This document shows, piece after piece, positions 52,798 to 62,700 of a stretch of 64,000 nt of DNA. The DNA comes from Acidimicrobiia bacterium (lineage in GTDB: Bacteria > Actinomycetota > Acidimicrobiia > Acidimicrobiales > JANYDT01). Within the stretch, counting starts at the first letter, position 1, and every line of letters begins with the position of its first letter. The notes under the pieces were generated by a model, which saw nothing but the letters and a program-made list of their open reading frames with translations, did not search any database and was not told the DNA's origin. The translations under genes were made by a program, and so were the position numbers. The stretch is from NCBI GenBank assembly GCA_031385545.1, contig JANNBN010000057.1, positions 3,055 to 67,054 of the forward strand, written 5' to 3'.

Positions 52798-55209
52798 ATG
52801 TTGCGCGTGTTCGGGTCGATCTGGCGTGTGCTCCGCGCGTTCGTGAAAACCGTCGTGGTGCTCATCGTCGCGTTCACCATCCTGCCTGGCTCAATGGCCC
52901 TTGCCGGCGTGTCGTTGGCGTTGTTCGCTCCTGTCCCGGTAACCATCCCGCAGCGGCGTGAACTGCCCACCATCCTGTCGACGGTCGTGTACGACTCCGG
53001 CAACAATCAGATCGCAGTGTTCAAGGAGTTCGACTCCAACATTCCGGTGGACCGGACCGACATTCCGCTGATCCTGAAGCAGGCGCTGATCGCCACCGAG
53101 GATCGCCGCTTCATGAAGCACAAGGGTGTCGACCTACGCGGTATTGCCCGTGCGGTCAAGGCCGACCTCGACGGTACCGCCACCGAGCAGGGCGCGTCGA
53201 CCATCACGATGCAGTTGGTGAAGCAGCGCTATTCCGGCGACGAGCAGGCTGACCTGCGAGACGAGAGCCTGTCTGCGACCGCTCGGGTTTCGGCGAAATT
53301 CCGCCAGGCGGTGGTTGCCAACCGCATCGACAGGGAGACGTCGAAGGAAGACATCCTGTTCGACTATCTCACGGCGGTGTATTTGGGCCAGGGTGCCTAC
53401 GGCGTGGGGGCCGCTTCGCAGACCTATTTCCGCAAATCGGTGTCCTCCATCACCGTCAGCGAAGCCGCCACGCTGGTCGGCATCATCCCGGCCCCCTCCC
53501 GTTATGACCCACGCGAACACCGCGACTCCAGCGAGGTCAAGCGCAAGTTGGTGTTAGGCAAGATGCTGTCCGAGGGGTACATCTCTCAACTCGAGCACGA
53601 CGAGGCCCTCCGCCAAGAACTGTGGGTCGACAATGAAGACGGGACCGCACCGCCCATCGGTAAGCCGGTCACGGTTGTGTATCAACGGCCCAAGACGTTG
53701 GTGACGCATCCGTATTTCGTTGACTACGTACGCCGCTATCTCATTGCGAAATACGGCGAAGAGCGTGTGTATCGGGGTGGCCTCGCCGTCTACACGACCA
53801 TCGACCCGGCGATGCAGGCCAAGGCCGAAGAAGCGGCGGCGTGGTTGCTGAAGGGCGCGCCGAAAGGGGTTGAGACGTCCATCGTCAGCGTTGAGCCGTC
53901 AACCGGGTTCGTACGCGCGCTTGTGGGTGGGCAGGACTTCGATGCGCCTGGTGGCCAGGTGAACCTGGCCCTCGGCCTGTGCCCTGAACTCGCAACCCTG
54001 CGCAAACGACTGGGCCACGAACCAGACCTTGCACCCGAGTGCCTTCAGAGTGGCGACATCGACGGTGGTGGTACCGGCCGGTCACCTGGTTCGTCGATCA
54101 AGCCGATCGTGCTGGCTACCGGGTTCGCACGAGGGGTGACCCCCGAGACGCAATATTTGGGCACCACCTATCAGCCGCCCGACGGGTCTCGTCCTATCAA
54201 GAACTACGAAGGTGCCGGCTACGGCAAGGTCACGATGCGGGTTGCCACGGCAAAGTCAGTCAACACGGCATATGTCCGTCTTGGCATGGACGTCGGCATC
54301 CGCAACGTGGCCAAGATGGCACAAGACCTAGGCATCACCGGTGCCTGGTACGACCGCAAGGTGCATGGTGCGTCGTATTCCATCGGTGGCTTCGACGTGT
54401 CACCGCTGGAAATGGCTTCCGCCTATTCGGTGTTCGCCAACCGCGGCCTCCGGATGCCCCAGACGCCGGTTGTGAAGATCGTCGACTCCTCCGGCCAGGT
54501 GCTGGAAGACAACAGCAAGCGTGCGGGCAAGCGGGTGCTGTCCGAGGTTGTCGCCGACAACGTGATCGACGTGATGCGCGGAGTTGTTGCCCCTGGTGGG
54601 ACGGGCGTGCGCGCTGCGCTGGCCGACCGTCCGGTGGCCGGTAAGACCGGAACGTCGCAGGGCAACGGCAACGCATGGTTCGTCGGCTGCACGCCGAACC
54701 TGTCCACCGCGGTGTGGATCGGTTACAAGGACAGCCTGAAGCCGCTGCGCAACATCAAGGGCGTGCGCGGCGGCATTACCGGTGGTTCGCTGCCGGCCCT
54801 GACCTGGCACCGGTACATGGCGGCTGCGCTGGAGAACGAACCGGTGCTGCAGTTCGCCGCACCCCTGCCCATCAAGAAAGAGGCGCAACTGTCGCGGACG
54901 GAAACTCTTCGCCGCCAGGCCCGCGGCGGGTTGGATCCTGGCGCTCGCAGGGCTCCGATTCAGATCCCCGCTCGCCGGCTCGTTGAGTCCGCCGGCAATC
55001 CTCCCGTGCCGGACGACGAGACCGGTGCGTTCGGTGTCGGCGCAACCCTGCCGCCAGTGCCCGTACCTGACCCCGCCCAGCCAGAAGTCACGACTGCGCC
55101 CGCTGAACCGGTTCCGGTGATCCCAGCCACCGAGCCCCCGCAAGCCGTGCCACCACCGCCCGAAGCCACCACCGTGGTGCCACCCGTCGCCGTGGCTTCC
55201 GCCCGCTGA
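52798..55209 (+). CDS. Class A penicillin-binding protein (GT51 transglycosylase plus transpeptidase)
   Basis: A TM anchor is present. The GT51 motif is ATEDRRFMKHKGVD. The transpeptidase motifs are SSIKP (SxxK) and KTGT. The C-terminal tail is Pro-rich. Confidence 0.9.
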   Translation: MLRVFGSIWRVLRAFVKTVVVLIVAFTILPGSMALAGVSLALFAPVPVTIPQRRELPTILSTVVYDSGNNQIAVFKEFDSNIPVDRTDIPLILKQALIATEDRRFMKHKGVDLRGIARAVKADLDGTATEQGASTITMQLVKQRYSGDEQADLRDESLSATARVSAKFRQAVVANRIDRETSKEDILFDYLTAVYLGQGAYGVGAASQTYFRKSVSSITVSEAATLVGIIPAPSRYDPREHRDSSEVKRKLVLGKMLSEGYISQLEHDEALRQELWVDNEDGTAPPIGKPVTVVYQRPKTLVTHPYFVDYVRRYLIAKYGEERVYRGGLAVYTTIDPAMQAKAEEAAAWLLKGAPKGVETSIVSVEPSTGFVRALVGGQDFDAPGGQVNLALGLCPELATLRKRLGHEPDLAPECLQSGDIDGGGTGRSPGSSIKPIVLATGFARGVTPETQYLGTTYQPPDGSRPIKNYEGAGYGKVTMRVATAKSVNTAYVRLGMDVGIRNVAKMAQDLGITGAWYDRKVHGASYSIGGFDVSPLEMASAYSVFANRGLRMPQTPVVKIVDSSGQVLEDNSKRAGKRVLSEVVADNVIDVMRGVVAPGGTGVRAALADRPVAGKTGTSQGNGNAWFVGCTPNLSTAVWIGYKDSLKPLRNIKGVRGGITGGSLPALTWHRYMAAALENEPVLQFAAPLPIKKEAQLSRTETLRRQARGGLDPGARRAPIQIPARRLVESAGNPPVPDDETGAFGVGATLPPVPVPDPAQPEVTTAPAEPVPVIPATEPPQAVPPPPEATTVVPPVAVASAR

Positions 55210-55391
55210 ACGTACCCACCGCCGTTCTGATTTTTCATAATCCGGTCCGTCGTTCGACACCGGTGCCTGGATCGCGATTGTTGAGCATGCAATCTCTTCA
55301 ATGAAATGGAAGGTCGAAGTCGCCACGGTCGCGCCATTTGGCTGATCTACACCCCTGTCCCGGACTCTTCTGAGAGGGGATCGCTGCGTGG

Positions 55392-56882
55392 TCAGCGTTG
55401 GGCGCCGGCGCCGTCGACTCGGTTGTTGAGGCAGCGCAACACTTGTTCGCAAGAGGCGGAGATGGGTGGGGCGAAGAAGACACCGGTTGATGTGAACCCC
55501 AGGGGCGCGTAGTTCCACGAGGCGACGGCTACGACCCGGCTCTGCGAGTCGATGATCGGCCCACCGCGGAAGTGCGTGCCGATAGGTGCGGTGTGTTGGA
55601 TTCCATCGGCGAACACGTCGCCGACGCGGCCTTCAACGATGGATGCGTCGTTGGCTCCGAAGCCCGACATGATGAATACCTGATCACCCAGGCGGGTGGC
55701 CGTGGGTGCGGCCCAGCTGAGCGGCGGTTGGTTGCCAAGGCCGGTGACGACCAGGAGCGCAAGATCGCGTTTGTCGTCCCAGGTCCACAACGTGGCTGCG
55801 GACTCGTTGTTGCCCTTACGAACCAGGATCTGTGGCCCTGGCTTTGCAGTCGACGCCTTGACCACGGACAACGACGTGACCATGAACGTCTTTTCGTCGT
55901 CGCTCGCCACCACGAATGCGGTCCCGGCAGTGCCTTGCCCGTCCACGTCGAACGTGCGCACGGCCCACACCGACGGTTCGGCTGCGGTGAGCACCGTGGT
56001 GAGTGTTTCGGCCGTCGCTGCCAGCTTCCGCAGCGGTTCGAGTTCGTCCTGAATGAGCGACCGAGCGTTGCGGCCCTCGTTCTGCACCGCTCGTTGTGCC
56101 TGGCGCACCTGCTGCGGGAAGTTGCGCACCAACGCGTCGGACTGGTCCTGCCGGTACCGATAATTCATATAGAGCAGCGTCCCGCTGACCGCCATGGCGA
56201 GACCGCTGACCAGCATCGTGAAGGTGATGCCGAGCACGGTCTTGGGAATGACCCTGCCTCGCCACAGCGGGCGACGGTGCATCAGTGCCTTGGCTTCGCG
56301 TTCAGCAAGCCGCTTGTCCGCCCGGCGTGCCCGCCGACGACCGGACCACGTGTCGTGGGTCCGGCCCGACGGCCGTGCTGGACCGCTGGATTTGTGGTCC
56401 GACGGTTTGGATGTGCGGGCAGGCTTGGACTGCTTCGGTTCCTGTGGCGTGCTTCGGTCGGCTGTGCGCTGCGCTGCGTCAACGCCCGGACCGTCTCGGT
56501 TTTCGGGACCTGCCGCAGACTCCAACGACGAGGTCGCAGCGGACTGTTCGAGCCTCCGGGTGGTTCGATCGGTGTCGGATTCGTCGCCGATAACCGTGCG
56601 TTCCCACGACGCCGAGTCGTCGTCGACCGCAACTGCGCCGTATGCATCGATTCCACCGTCGACAGTTCCGGAAGCCCACGCTGCTGGCGTGATGGGCAGC
56701 GGTTGGTTCGCTCGCCCACTTGTCGGTGCAAGCGCGGGGAGTTCACGTGATGGTTCGTCGTCCAGGCTGGCAGTCAACCAGTCACCGGTCTGGTCCCCGG
56801 ACAGGTCGTCGGATAGGTCGGTGGTGAGTTCCGCGGTGAGGTCGCCTGCATCGAGAGGGTCACGAGAGACGTCAGCGCTCAT
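55392..56882 (-). CDS. Membrane-anchored trypsin-fold (S1C-like) domain protein, probably catalytically inactive
   Basis: It has an acidic/basic disordered N-terminus and one TM helix (VLGITFTMLVSGLAMAVSGTLLY). The C-terminal domain shows GTAFVV..., DLALLVV and GGPII. The expected His (TNAHV is replaced by TSLSV) and Ser (GNSGGP is replaced by HFRGGP) are substituted. Confidence 0.65.
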   Translation of the reverse strand: MSADVSRDPLDAGDLTAELTTDLSDDLSGDQTGDWLTASLDDEPSRELPALAPTSGRANQPLPITPAAWASGTVDGGIDAYGAVAVDDDSASWERTVIGDESDTDRTTRRLEQSAATSSLESAAGPENRDGPGVDAAQRTADRSTPQEPKQSKPARTSKPSDHKSSGPARPSGRTHDTWSGRRRARRADKRLAEREAKALMHRRPLWRGRVIPKTVLGITFTMLVSGLAMAVSGTLLYMNYRYRQDQSDALVRNFPQQVRQAQRAVQNEGRNARSLIQDELEPLRKLAATAETLTTVLTAAEPSVWAVRTFDVDGQGTAGTAFVVASDDEKTFMVTSLSVVKASTAKPGPQILVRKGNNESAATLWTWDDKRDLALLVVTGLGNQPPLSWAAPTATRLGDQVFIMSGFGANDASIVEGRVGDVFADGIQHTAPIGTHFRGGPIIDSQSRVVAVASWNYAPLGFTSTGVFFAPPISASCEQVLRCLNNRVDGAGAQR

Positions 56883-57016
56883 CGCAGCCGCGCCCGGTTG
56901 AATTCTGCCTGCCTGGTCGGTACACCCACGGATCAACGGTACCTGCCCTGTAGAGTTTTCCGGTGACACAGGCAGGCGAAGCCCAGGCTGGCAGTTCAAC
57001 AGGTGACCCGAGGCCC

Positions 57017-57709
57017 ATGTTCCCTCAGACTGCCGCTCCCGGCCCTACACCGGTTCGCCATGCTGCAACTGTCTTGGTTCTGCGTGAAGGCAACGAGGGC
57101 CCTGAAGTGCTGATGCTTCGTCGCTCTGCCTCTGCATCGTTTCTTCCGGGCGCATATGTGTTCCCAGGCGGCGTGGTTGACGAGAGCGACCACGCGCCGC
57201 AAGTCATCGATCGGCTGACGGGCATGTCGGACGCCGACGCGTCCACGTTTCTGGGGCTCCCCCGACATGGGTTGGCGTTCTGGGTGGCTGCGGTGAGGGA
57301 GTGCTTCGAAGAGTCCGGCCTGCTTCTGGCACGGACCAGTGTCTCCCAGCACAACCACTTGCACCGATCCCGTTCCGGGCTCCTTGACGGCCACCATGGC
57401 TTCCACGACGTGTTGCAAAGCCACGACGCCATCATCGACGCCTCTTCGATCGTGCCCTGGTCCCGGTGGATCACCCCGATCGGCGGGCCGCGCAGATTCG
57501 ACACCCGATTTTTCGTCACGTCAGCGGCCGACGCTGGAAGCCTTTCGGCAGACGATAGGGAGATGAGCGATCTTCGATGGTTCCGCCCCAGCGATGCACT
57601 GCAGGACCCCGATGTGATGCTGATCACACCGACTGTTTCGGCGCTGCGGATGCTCGCTCGAAGCAACTCGGCGGCGGCTGCGCTATCCGCAGCCCGCAGC
57701 CGAATCTGA
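57017..57709 (+). CDS. NUDIX hydrolase
   Basis: Nudix-box elements are FPGGVVDE...VRECFEESGLLL. The internal ATG was chosen in ORF 56963-57709. Confidence 0.8.
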   Translation: MFPQTAAPGPTPVRHAATVLVLREGNEGPEVLMLRRSASASFLPGAYVFPGGVVDESDHAPQVIDRLTGMSDADASTFLGLPRHGLAFWVAAVRECFEESGLLLARTSVSQHNHLHRSRSGLLDGHHGFHDVLQSHDAIIDASSIVPWSRWITPIGGPRRFDTRFFVTSAADAGSLSADDREMSDLRWFRPSDALQDPDVMLITPTVSALRMLARSNSAAAALSAARSRI

Positions 57710-57719
57710 GTGTTCGTTG

Positions 57720-57754
57720 TGGCCGTCGGGCGGGGGCGAAGACGGCCAGTTTTT
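57720..57754 (+). terminator. Intrinsic terminator after the NUDIX gene
   Basis: TGGCCGTC-N13-GACGGCCA, an 8-bp stem followed by GTTTTT. Confidence 0.6.
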
Positions 57755-57825
57755 CACTGAATCCCACGTCACGGGTGGATGACGAATCGTTCAAGCGACG
57801 GTCCTGAGGTGCCGAAGAGAACGTT

Positions 57826-59718
57826 ATGTCAGAACCGACTGGTGACTCCGGGGAGCCGACGCGCCCCGACCGGGTCCCAACGAACGGTTCCCTCCGCCGG
57901 CTCGATCTGTCGCAGGAAGTCAGCTGGCACCATGACCCGTCGCTGCAACACGGCGGGGGCGTTTCGTCCGAGTGGCCCATGCGCGAAACTGGATCCCGGT
58001 TGGACATGACGGACTACGCACACATTGCCGACGGTCTGTCTGCCGACAGGTTCGTCGTTGTCCTGCGTGCAGGCCAGCCAACCCTCGAGCAGATGAGCCG
58101 CGCCGAGGCGATCCAACGGGGCCTCACGGTGCTTGACGCCGATGCGGCGATGGTCACCAGCCTTGTTCAAAGCGGGCGTGCCCCGGGGCTGGACGTGTCT
58201 GCCGGGCTTCCGCTGCGCGATCTCCGGGACGACACCGATGCGCCGTCGACCGACATGGCCATCATCGAGCAGGTCCGCGCAGAGATGTCGGTTCCCATCC
58301 GGCCCGAGGTCGTGGAACCCGTTCTGGCCACGCCCACAACGCGCGTCGCCGAAGCGTCGGTCGACCTGCCGCCGGGGAATCGGGTTGCCGAGGATGGCCG
58401 CCCGGCCGTTCGCCAGGTGACACCGTGGGGCGTCCAGCCTCCGCCCGTGATGGTGGGACGAGCCGTCGATGCCAGCGATGGCACAGATGCCACCGGCGAG
58501 GGTGACATGCGGGCTGAGGTGGGTGGACTTGCTGCAGCAGTCCCGGTCGTGTACTCGGTCCCTGTCCCTGTCCCTGACCCTGTCCCTGTCCCTGACCCTG
58601 TCCCGCCCTCGATCCGAACAGTCCTGCTCCGGACACTCGACATCGACGACGACCTCACCATTCCGCAATGGGTGGTCATCGAAGCAGTGCCTGAAGCAGT
58701 TCCCGAAGCCGTGTCCGAAGCCGTGCCCGAAATGGGGCCTGCTCCTCTTGCCCCTGCTCCCCATGTCGACGCTGCTCCTGCGCCTTCGTTCGCAGAGGCC
58801 CAGCCAATTCCGGTCACGGCGTGGCAGGAGCCGGTGTGGACCCACTCCCGTCCGCCGATCGAGTCTGCCCCGGTGATCGAGTCTGTCCCGGTGATCGAGT
58901 CTGTCCCGGTGCTTCAGTCTGTCCCGGTGCTTGAGTCGGTTCCGCAGTGGTTGGAACAGCCCGCTGGTGAGGTGCCGTCCAGCGAACTAACCGCCGACGG
59001 AGACCCGGCCGATACCGCAGTTCCTGCGATCTCGGTCATTAACCTCGAGCGCACGTTCATCGGGCCGGTTGGCCCGGTGCCGGTGCTGCGCGGGGTCAAC
59101 CTCGACCTCGCTCCCGGCGATCTGCTCGTCGTACGGGGCCAGTCCGGCGCGGGGATGACCACGTTGCTGGCGTGTCTCGCAGGTCTTGACCTTCCCGATG
59201 CCGGCCAGGTCTATGTGAACGGCGAAGAGATGGGGGCATGGACCGAGGCTGACAGGGCACGGTTCAGGGCCGCGTCATCGGGCTTCATCCCGCAGTCGCA
59301 CGATCTGGTCGACGACCTCAATACCCGGGACAACGTCTCGCTTCCCCTGCTTGCAGCCGGCTGGGGCGCAGCCGCAGCCCGCGCCGAAGCCGCCCGCCTG
59401 CTGGAGGACTTCGGGCTATCGGAGCGAACGTTCTTCTACCCGTCGCAGATGTCGCACAGCGAGCGGGCCAGGACAGCCGTTGCGCGGGCGTTGGCCGGCG
59501 ATCCGTTCGTGGTCTGGGCCGACGATCCAACTGCGGGTCTCGACGCCGATCAGGCGCAAGTCGTTGTCGATGCGCTCATTGCGCACCACCATCGTGGGGC
59601 CACGGTGGTTGTTGCGTCACGTGATCACCGTTTCGCAGCGACGACCGCCCGTGTGGCCGACCTGGCCAACGGGGTGGTGCACATCGTTGATGCTGCACCG
59701 CTCCGGTGGGACACCTGA
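57826..59718 (+). CDS. ABC-type ATPase domain with degenerate catalytic motifs, fused to a ~400-aa Pro/Val-rich repeat N-terminal region
   Basis: 630 aa. The C-terminal NBD-like domain has Walker A GQSGAGMT (Lys replaced by Met, codon 59155-59157). The Q-loop is IPQSHD, the signature is MSHSE instead of LSGGQ, and Walker B is VVWADDPT. Confidence 0.75.
   Translation: MSEPTGDSGEPTRPDRVPTNGSLRRLDLSQEVSWHHDPSLQHGGGVSSEWPMRETGSRLDMTDYAHIADGLSADRFVVVLRAGQPTLEQMSRAEAIQRGLTVLDADAAMVTSLVQSGRAPGLDVSAGLPLRDLRDDTDAPSTDMAIIEQVRAEMSVPIRPEVVEPVLATPTTRVAEASVDLPPGNRVAEDGRPAVRQVTPWGVQPPPVMVGRAVDASDGTDATGEGDMRAEVGGLAAAVPVVYSVPVPVPDPVPVPDPVPPSIRTVLLRTLDIDDDLTIPQWVVIEAVPEAVPEAVSEAVPEMGPAPLAPAPHVDAAPAPSFAEAQPIPVTAWQEPVWTHSRPPIESAPVIESVPVIESVPVLQSVPVLESVPQWLEQPAGEVPSSELTADGDPADTAVPAISVINLERTFIGPVGPVPVLRGVNLDLAPGDLLVVRGQSGAGMTTLLACLAGLDLPDAGQVYVNGEEMGAWTEADRARFRAASSGFIPQSHDLVDDLNTRDNVSLPLLAAGWGAAAARAEAARLLEDFGLSERTFFYPSQMSHSERARTAVARALAGDPFVVWADDPTAGLDADQAQVVVDALIAHHHRGATVVVASRDHRFAATTARVADLANGVVHIVDAAPLRWDT
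58561..58605 (+). repeat. 18-bp tandem repeat (PVPVPD x2 plus a partial copy)
   Basis: CCTGTCCCTGTCCCTGAC x2, followed by a partial third copy. Confidence 0.9.
58861..58950 (+). repeat. 18-bp tandem repeat, about 5 copies (ESVPVI-type hexapeptide repeat)
   Basis: GAGTCTGNCCCGGTGATC-type units at 58861, 58879, 58897, 58915 and 58933 (progressively diverged). A 12-bp EAVP repeat x4 lies at about 58684-58731. Confidence 0.9.
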
Positions 59719-59730
59719 CCGCAGCGTCCG

Positions 59731-62700
59731 ATGTCCGAACACTTCAACGGTTCCCTGCGACGGAGTCTTCTCACGATCTTCGTGGTTGACCTGTCGCTGC
59801 TGCTGATCCTTGCCGCGTTCTTCGTGGACGGTCCATGGCTACGCCTCTGCGCAGCCCTGTCCGCCGTGCTGCTGCCGATGGGGGTCTTCGCATTGACCGA
59901 TGCGCCGTTCGCTCGCTTGGCCTTGAGGGAATGGCGGTTGCATACGGCCCGCAGCCTCGCTGCCGCGCTAGGGGTGCTGCTGGGAACAGCGGCGCTTGCC
60001 GTTTCGGCTGGCACGCAGCCGAACGCGGCGATCGGCCAACAGATCGTTGCCGTTGCGAGCGGCGGTCCCGCAGACATCGTGGTCGAATCGGTGAACGCCG
60101 ATGATGCAACACTGGTTCGCGAGTCGATCGACGACATGCTGAAGCGGCCGGACCTCCAGCAGATGGTCGACGCCCGCCCGCTCGAACTGCGGTGGGCGCC
60201 TGCGTGGGTGCGTACCAGTTCGGCGCACCGAGTTCGTATCGTGGCGCTGGACATCGAGTCCGCTCGTGCGTTCGGTGGTGACTCAAGATGGACGGGCCTT
60301 GCTGGCGCAACGGCCGGTTCAGGCGTCACGATGGGTCGACGCACAGCAGATCTTCTGGCTGTCAATGCGAGCCCGACGCCTGGGCGCTTAGAGATACAGA
60401 CGGGCAGCGCGAATGCAGCGGTCGATGTGTTGCAGCTGCTCGATGACACCGGCTTGCTTGGGCTGCCGGGCCCCGACGGGCGCTACGAGCCAACCCTGTT
60501 CGTCGACCCGGGCACGTTCGATCGTCTGCACGCAGATGGTTGGGCCGAGCCTGTGCGTCAGTGGTCTGTGCTTTCGCTGTGCGGAACTGCCCAACCGGCC
60601 GCATCGACGCCGGTTGCTGGTACCTCGGGTGAAACGGACACCACTGACGGAACTCTTGGCCGACGATGCACTGCCGACCCGTGGTCGTCGGTTGCCTACT
60701 CCGATCGCATCGAGCAGGAACTCAACCTGGTGATCGCCCGGAACGTTGCAGCCCGCGCTTCCGAGGCGACGGCGAGCACACCCGGCTCAGTGCCTGCACC
60801 ACCACCCGAGTCGCCAGCAGATGACAGCGTGCTCTTCGATCAGCCGGGCGACGGTGAAGGCATCGCCGTGGTCCAGTTCGACGAACCGATCGACTCAGTT
60901 GTGCCAGGAGATTCCGACTCAGCCGCTGCGCCGGGTAATGCAACGGTGGCCGCGGGCCCGATCCGCGTCGACCCGGTGAAGTATCTCGCCATGCAGCGTG
61001 GCGTGTGGAGCAATGCATCCACGAACTATTGGGACCGTGTCGTCGGCGGCCTGCTCGCCACCGGGTCGTTCGTGATGATCGTCGCCGGATGCTTCGTCGA
61101 CCGTCGCCGGCGTTCCGCCCGTGAGCGGCTGGTCGGCGTCTCCGGAGGTGCAATCACCGGCACTTGGGTGATCGTCATCGGGCTCTCGGCACTCCCGGGA
61201 GCCGTTATCGGGGCCGCAATCGGTTCAGGTTTGGTCAGCATCGTCTCGCGCGTGTCGTTCGGTCACTCACTGATCCCGTGGGGTTCTGCTCTGTCGGCAA
61301 CCGATCGATTTGCGAGTTCGCTGGCGTGGGCTGCGGTTGCGAGCGCGCTCGTCTCGCTTGTGTTGGGTTTCTTGACGCAGAAGATCCCGCTCGTGCAAGC
61401 CGTGCGTGGCGCGCCGTTGATGACAGCCCGGCGCTGGATTCCGTTTGCAATCGGCTGCACCGCAGTCGGCGGAGTGCTGTTCGCCCGTTCGGGACTGCGC
61501 GGCTGGAGCTCGCAAGTCGGTGTTGGGCTCGTCGCGCCAGGCGTGGGGCTGTTGGCGTGGTCCCTCGTGCGATCGCGCCGTGTTGTTGCCGTAATCGGTG
61601 CCGCTGCCGCGATCACCAGCCTGGCCTTGCTGCGCCGAACATGGGCCACTTCATTCGCTTCAGGCCCTTCGACGACTGTCCTGGTGACCGCCGTTGTGGT
61701 CATTGTCGGCGGACTCGTCGGCGCGTATGCGGCAACGGCACCAGGTCAGCATGTGGCCAGTTTCGGTGTTCCGCGCACCGATGCCCCTGCGTTGTCTGCG
61801 TTGCGGACACGTGTGGCGACGCGTCCGGGGCCGTGGCCGATGTCGCCGTTGGTCGGCACAACCCTTGCCATGACGGTCACGTGTGTGGCGGCGTCGGTGA
61901 TGATCGGCAACGGGTCTGCGGACCCCATTCCGGGTGGTCAACGTGACGGGGTCGTGCTGCGTGAGGCGGTTGACGGTGCTGCCCGAGCAGCACTGAGTTC
62001 GGTGGCTTCGCTGAAGCAGTCGGAACTCCTCCAGACGCGCACTGCGCTCACGTCGGGTCTGCTGCCTGCCACGGACCCGGCCAACCCTGCGTCCGAGCAC
62101 CGGCGTGTGCTGCAGGTCGGGTCGCTTGGCGGCTCGGCCTATCTCTGGCCGTTGCTGATCGGGAATGGGCCTGCCGCAGCGTTGGGCGCTGAGTCAGCCG
62201 ATCAAGCTGAGCCAGGCCAAGTCGTGGTCGTTTCCGACGTGATCCGGTCGGTCTTTGGTGTCACCCCACCAGTTGGCTCCACCATCAGGCTGATTGGAAG
62301 CGGTGGCATCGAACGGTCTGTCACCGTCGCCGCCATCGTGGCCCGCGGGCCGGGCGACGTGGCGTTGTGGGGGACGGACCAACTGTTCGAATCGGTTGCC
62401 GGTTCCCTGCCGCAGGATCGGCTGTTGTTCGTCCCGGCGGACGGTTCAGCGTCAACGCTTCGACGCGACATTCAGCGGGCCAGCGTGGGAGGCGACGTGT
62501 CCGTGTCGGAAACCTTCACCCGTGTCCGAGAGCGAACCGAGGTTGAATCGTTCGGCCGTGGGCTGCTTGATGCGGTCATCGGTCTGCATCTCCTGAACGC
62601 GGCTGTGCTTGTGTGGCGGTGGTCATCGGAACGTCGACGCTCGCTGCTGACCACACGCAGCGCCGCGCTCGGGCCGGCCTTTCTGGCACGGTCGGTGAAC

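Noticed and set aside
55210-55391. AT-richer 182-bp gap between the PBP and protease-like genes, checked for tRNA-Sec, sRNA or a small ORF
   Set aside because: The CTTCAAT segment at 55296-55302 has no pairing anticodon stem. ORFs 55298-55483 and 55306-55512 run into the neighbouring gene and look spurious. No strong structure was found.
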